Shown: positions 46,509 through 48,687 of the stretch, one piece after another
How positions within the stretch are numbered: position 1 is the first letter of the stretch
Layout of the letters: every line of letters begins with the position of its first letter
From: an uncultured Bacilli bacterium
GTDB taxonomy: Bacteria > Bacillota_I > Bacilli_A > RF39 > UBA660
Reading direction: 5' to 3'
DNA length: 48,687 nucleotides
Assembly (NCBI GenBank): GCA_944367495.1
Contig: CALVWP010000005.1
Coordinates: forward strand, 1 to 48,687
Translations under genes and position numbers: made by a program
The notes under the pieces: model-generated
The model's input: the letters and a program-made list of their open reading frames with translations, nothing else
The model's database searches: none
Told to the model about the DNA's origin: nothing

Positions 46509-47777
46509 CTAATTTATCACAAACGGATCTTCAACTTCTCCACTTCCACTCAAGCTGATATCAGAGCTTAGAGTAATGGCGGGAAGAACCGCACCAGTAC
46601 TAAACGCGCCGTCGCTGGACAAAGTGCCGTCGCTGCTCACACGAAAGACGCTGGAAGAACTACCGGCATAAGGCGATATTATCCAATAAAAACTGCCTTT
46701 AAATAGCCAATTCGTCGTTTTACATATATCTTTGTTATCATTATTTAAACTAAAACTTCCACATTGTTCTTTATTTGTATTGGCTCTTAAATATTCACTG
46801 ACTGTAATTAAACCTACACTGGATGTCTGTGACTGAGTTCCATTTTCTTTTGTTATTTGTCCAGCTAAATCATTATTATCATATGTTACTTCTCCTATAC
46901 TCCATGTACTAGGTACTATTTTATCTTGGTTTGTTGTTATACTCTCTAAATATTCGCCATTTAAATATGTCTTTATATCTGCTGGTCTATCCCATTCATT
47001 TGAGCCATATGTTCCACCAGTTGTATCCCATGCTCTAGCCGAAAGTAATTCATTTCTAACAATCTTTATTCTGCCATCAGCTTCTACTGATAATATTCGC
47101 CATGTTTCATTGTTAAAGGTGATATAGTTGTTAGGATTAGCTCCTTTATAAAAGTATCTTCCACTTTCATATTCATCTTGATATAATCCATCAGCTCCAT
47201 CTGAAGCAAGTGGTAGAGTTATTCCTCCTACTGTTGGTCCTTCTGGCGTTGGTGGAGTTACTGTACCATTACTTTGTCCATAATCTAAAGTTACGGTAAT
47301 TGTTGCTGTCGTATTTTCTGGTTGACTGGTAATACTTGGGTTATAAGTTACTATTACCGTTAATATATCACTCTCTGATGCTTTTAATTCATCTCCCTCT
47401 TCTATTCCACTTGTCTCAAACGTTATAGCTTCATTATTAGAATTACTTACTTTTATACTATTTAAAACGGCATCAATATTTCCCTCATTAGCTACCGTTA
47501 TATCATATTTCATCGAATCTCCTGGTGATACTAAATTTGTTTTAAAAGTAGCTGTTGTATCGGTATAACTAGGCTCTATGGCATTACTCGCACTCCCACT
47601 TTGTACATTACTTTCTATACCAGTTATTTTAACTAAGAAGTTACTTGCTATATTAGATGTACCGGTTATTTTAAGCTGGCTTTGAAAAGCCGCATAACCT
47701 ACTGCCATTATTAAAAGTACTGCACACAGTCCCATGATCATATAATTTCGCTGCGTCCTATTTAATCTTTTATTCAT
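46509..47777 (-). CDS. DGR target protein, element-adjacent copy: signal-anchored secreted/surface protein with a hypervariable C-terminal domain
   Basis: Paralog of 13799..15064. Anchor NYMIMGLCAVLLIMAVGYAAF. VR2 encodes SPYAGSSSSVFRVSSDGTLSSDGAFSTGAVLPAITLS. Start at ATG 47777 after AAAGGAG. Confidence 0.88.
   Translation of the reverse strand: MNKRLNRTQRNYMIMGLCAVLLIMAVGYAAFQSQLKITGTSNIASNFLVKITGIESNVQSGSASNAIEPSYTDTTATFKTNLVSPGDSMKYDITVANEGNIDAVLNSIKVSNSNNEAITFETSGIEEGDELKASESDILTVIVTYNPSITSQPENTTATITVTLDYGQSNGTVTPPTPEGPTVGGITLPLASDGADGLYQDEYESGRYFYKGANPNNYITFNNETWRILSVEADGRIKIVRNELLSARAWDTTGGTYGSNEWDRPADIKTYLNGEYLESITTNQDKIVPSTWSIGEVTYDNNDLAGQITKENGTQSQTSSVGLITVSEYLRANTNKEQCGSFSLNNDNKDICKTTNWLFKGSFYWIISPYAGSSSSVFRVSSDGTLSSDGAFSTGAVLPAITLSSDISLSGSGEVEDPFVIN
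46567..46676 (-). repeat. DGR variable repeat VR2 with IMH
   Basis: All 22 differences from the TR in the variable part fall at TR adenines on the coding strand. The GC-rich GGTTCTTCCCGCC element is followed by the IMH. Confidence 0.92.
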
Positions 47778-47830
47778 TGCTCTCACTCCTTTATTATGAA
47801 TATTTAGTCGCTTATTTATGCTACAATTTT

Positions 47831-47859
47831 ATTATAATTTATTTTTAAACATAAAACAA
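47831..47859 (-). promoter_or_regulatory. Candidate proximal promoter of the adjacent DGR target
   Basis: Minus strand TTGTTT, 17 nt, TATAAT, about 50 nt upstream of ATG 47777. In AT-rich DNA this could be a chance match. Confidence 0.4.
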
Positions 47860-47978
47860 CAATTATTTTTCTGTCTCAATATCATCTCCTCATTGAATAT
47901 CCTTGTACCTCCTATTTTAATTATAAAGCACATTCCTCTTCTAAGCAATACATTCACCTATATTCTACATATATTTTA

Positions 47979-47997
47979 CCCCCCCCCCCCCCCCCCC
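47979..47997. repeat. C19 homopolymer (G19 on the gene strand) between -35-like and -10-like hexamers
   Basis: Counted directly: 19 consecutive C. Minus strand reads TTGAAG-TTT-G19-TAAAAT, a 22-nt spacer. Confidence 0.9.
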
Positions 47998-48076
47998 AAA
48001 CTTCAACACATTTTAATCATTTTTTTATTTAAAAACCTCCCTCCCCTTCAAAAAAAAAAACCTACCTATTTTCAAA

Positions 48077-48101
48077 TTTTTTTTTCCCCCCCCCCCCCCC
48101 C
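48077..48101. repeat. T9C16 compound homopolymer (G16A9 on the gene strand)
   Basis: Counted directly. Nearby are A11 at 48050..48060 and G7 at 48163..48169. A consensus TTGACA (RC of 48109..48114) lies 7 nt upstream of G16 on the minus strand. Confidence 0.9.
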
Positions 48102-48180
48102 TATAAAATGTCAAGCAATTTTACACTTTTTCTAATTTTTTATAAAAATAAATTTATTATAAGGGGGGGTAAAATATTGC

Positions 48181-48206
48181 AAAAAAAGAATGCTTATTTT
48201 GCATCC
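48181..48206 (-). terminator. Rho-independent terminator of rplQ
   Basis: Minus strand GGATGC-AAAATAA-GCATTC with the stop codon in the loop, followed by T7. Confidence 0.55.
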
Positions 48207-48550
48207 TCTTCAACTAAAGATAAAACAACCATTAAAGCGTCGTCTCCTCTTCTTTCATCAATTTTAGAAATTCTAGTATAGCCGCCATTTCTTTTAGCAT
48301 ATCTAACTGCTAAAACATCAAATACTTTTTTAACAGTATCTTTATCATTATGTAAGAACGCTAAAGCTTTTCTTCTAGCTACTAGTGATCCATCTTTACC
48401 ATAAGTAATTATTTTATCGACAAACTTACGAACTTCTTTAGCTCTAGTTTCAGTAGTAATAACTCGCTCATTATTGATAACATCTTTAGTTAAATTAGCT
48501 AGCATGCTTCTTCTATGTTTGTTGTCGCGTCCTAATTTTCTATAAGCCAT
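48194..48550 (-). CDS. rplQ: 50S ribosomal protein L17
   Basis: [20 protein letters not shown]... is the canonical L17 N-terminus. RBS GGAGGGAA. Confidence 0.96.
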   Translation of the reverse strand: MAYRKLGRDNKHRRSMLANLTKDVINNERVITTETRAKEVRKFVDKIITYGKDGSLVARRKALAFLHNDKDTVKKVFDVLAVRYAKRNGGYTRISKIDERRGDDALMVVLSLVEEDAK

Positions 48551-48564
48551 TGATTCCCTCCTAA

Positions 48565-48687
48565 CTAATCTTCATCACGGAATTTAAGTCCCATATCTTT
48601 AATTTTGTCTATAACTTCTTTTAAAGATTTTTTACCTAAATTACGAATTTTCATCATTTCTAATTCTGATTTTTCAGTTAAATCACC
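48565..48687 (-). CDS. rpoA: DNA-directed RNA polymerase alpha subunit, C-terminal end (5' part beyond the window)
   Basis: My translation: [40 protein letters not shown]. This is the alpha-CTD helix-hairpin-helix, located upstream of rplQ as in most bacteria. Confidence 0.85.
   Translation of the reverse strand, partial: GDLTEKSELEMMKIRNLGKKSLKEVIDKIKDMGLKFRDED

Noticed and set aside
47818-48135. 105-aa plus-strand ORF containing PPPPPPP runs
   Set aside because: The proline runs are just the translation of the C19 and C16 homopolymers. There is no RBS, the composition is extremely low-complexity, and the ORF lies in the intergenic/promoter region between rplQ and the DGR target.
35847-48193. 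Whether the DGR island is a prophage (DGRs are often phage-borne)
   Set aside because: No capsid, tail, terminase, portal or lysis genes and no phage integrase are present. The only recombinases belong to the RIT element, which is itself an insertion into the DGR.
1-48687. CRISPR arrays, rRNA genes and additional tRNAs
   Set aside because: I saw no regularly spaced short direct repeats and no rRNA-like conserved stretches. Only one cloverleaf-capable sequence (tRNA-Trp) was recognised by eye. A tRNAscan/Infernal run would be needed to be certain.

Overview
AT-rich, mostly minus-strand chromosomal window from a low-GC Bacillota genome. It is probably a spore-former, because CwlD- and CwlJ-like genes are present; the taxon is inference only. 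The backbone is housekeeping: ctp, cdaA-cdaR, trmL, a polyprenyl synthase, FAD oxidoreductases, htrA, a YfhO/PIG-L envelope pair, a sortase with a thioester adhesin, and the conserved rpoA-rplQ ... ecfA-ecfA'-truA-rplM-rpsI block. The main finding is a diversity-generating retroelement (DGR) in a ~12 kb accessory segment inserted between rplQ and ecfA. On the minus strand the order is: target gene with a C-terminal variable repeat (VR2 46567..46676), a 146-nt structured spacer, a 110-bp template repeat (TR 46230..46339, 15 AAY codons), a MutS-domain-I-like ORF, Avd, and the reverse transcriptase (RT). The RT is split inside its (I/L)GxxxSQ motif by a ~3.45 kb recombinase-in-trio (RIT) element. 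That element carries three overlapping, intact tyrosine recombinase genes, perfect 78-bp terminal inverted repeats and a 6-bp flanking direct repeat. A paralogous second target gene lies exactly 32,710 bp away (13799..15064). It has its own adenine-diversified VR (13857..13966), the same IMH and the same 146-nt 3' module. The two module copies differ only in the loops of two perfect hairpins, and each loop is reverse-complemented. The promoter region of the DGR-adjacent target contains C19 and T9C16 homopolymer tracts (G19/G16 on the coding strand). G19 forms most of the spacer between -35-like and -10-like hexamers, so it is a candidate phase-variation switch or a sequencing artefact. Smaller accessory items are a Fic gene, a DUF4143 ATPase remnant and a ~70-bp direct repeat next to tRNA-Trp, an Abi_2-type gene, and a degenerate EcfA pair with no EcfT. 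All alignments and counts were done by eye from the sequence. No database search was possible.
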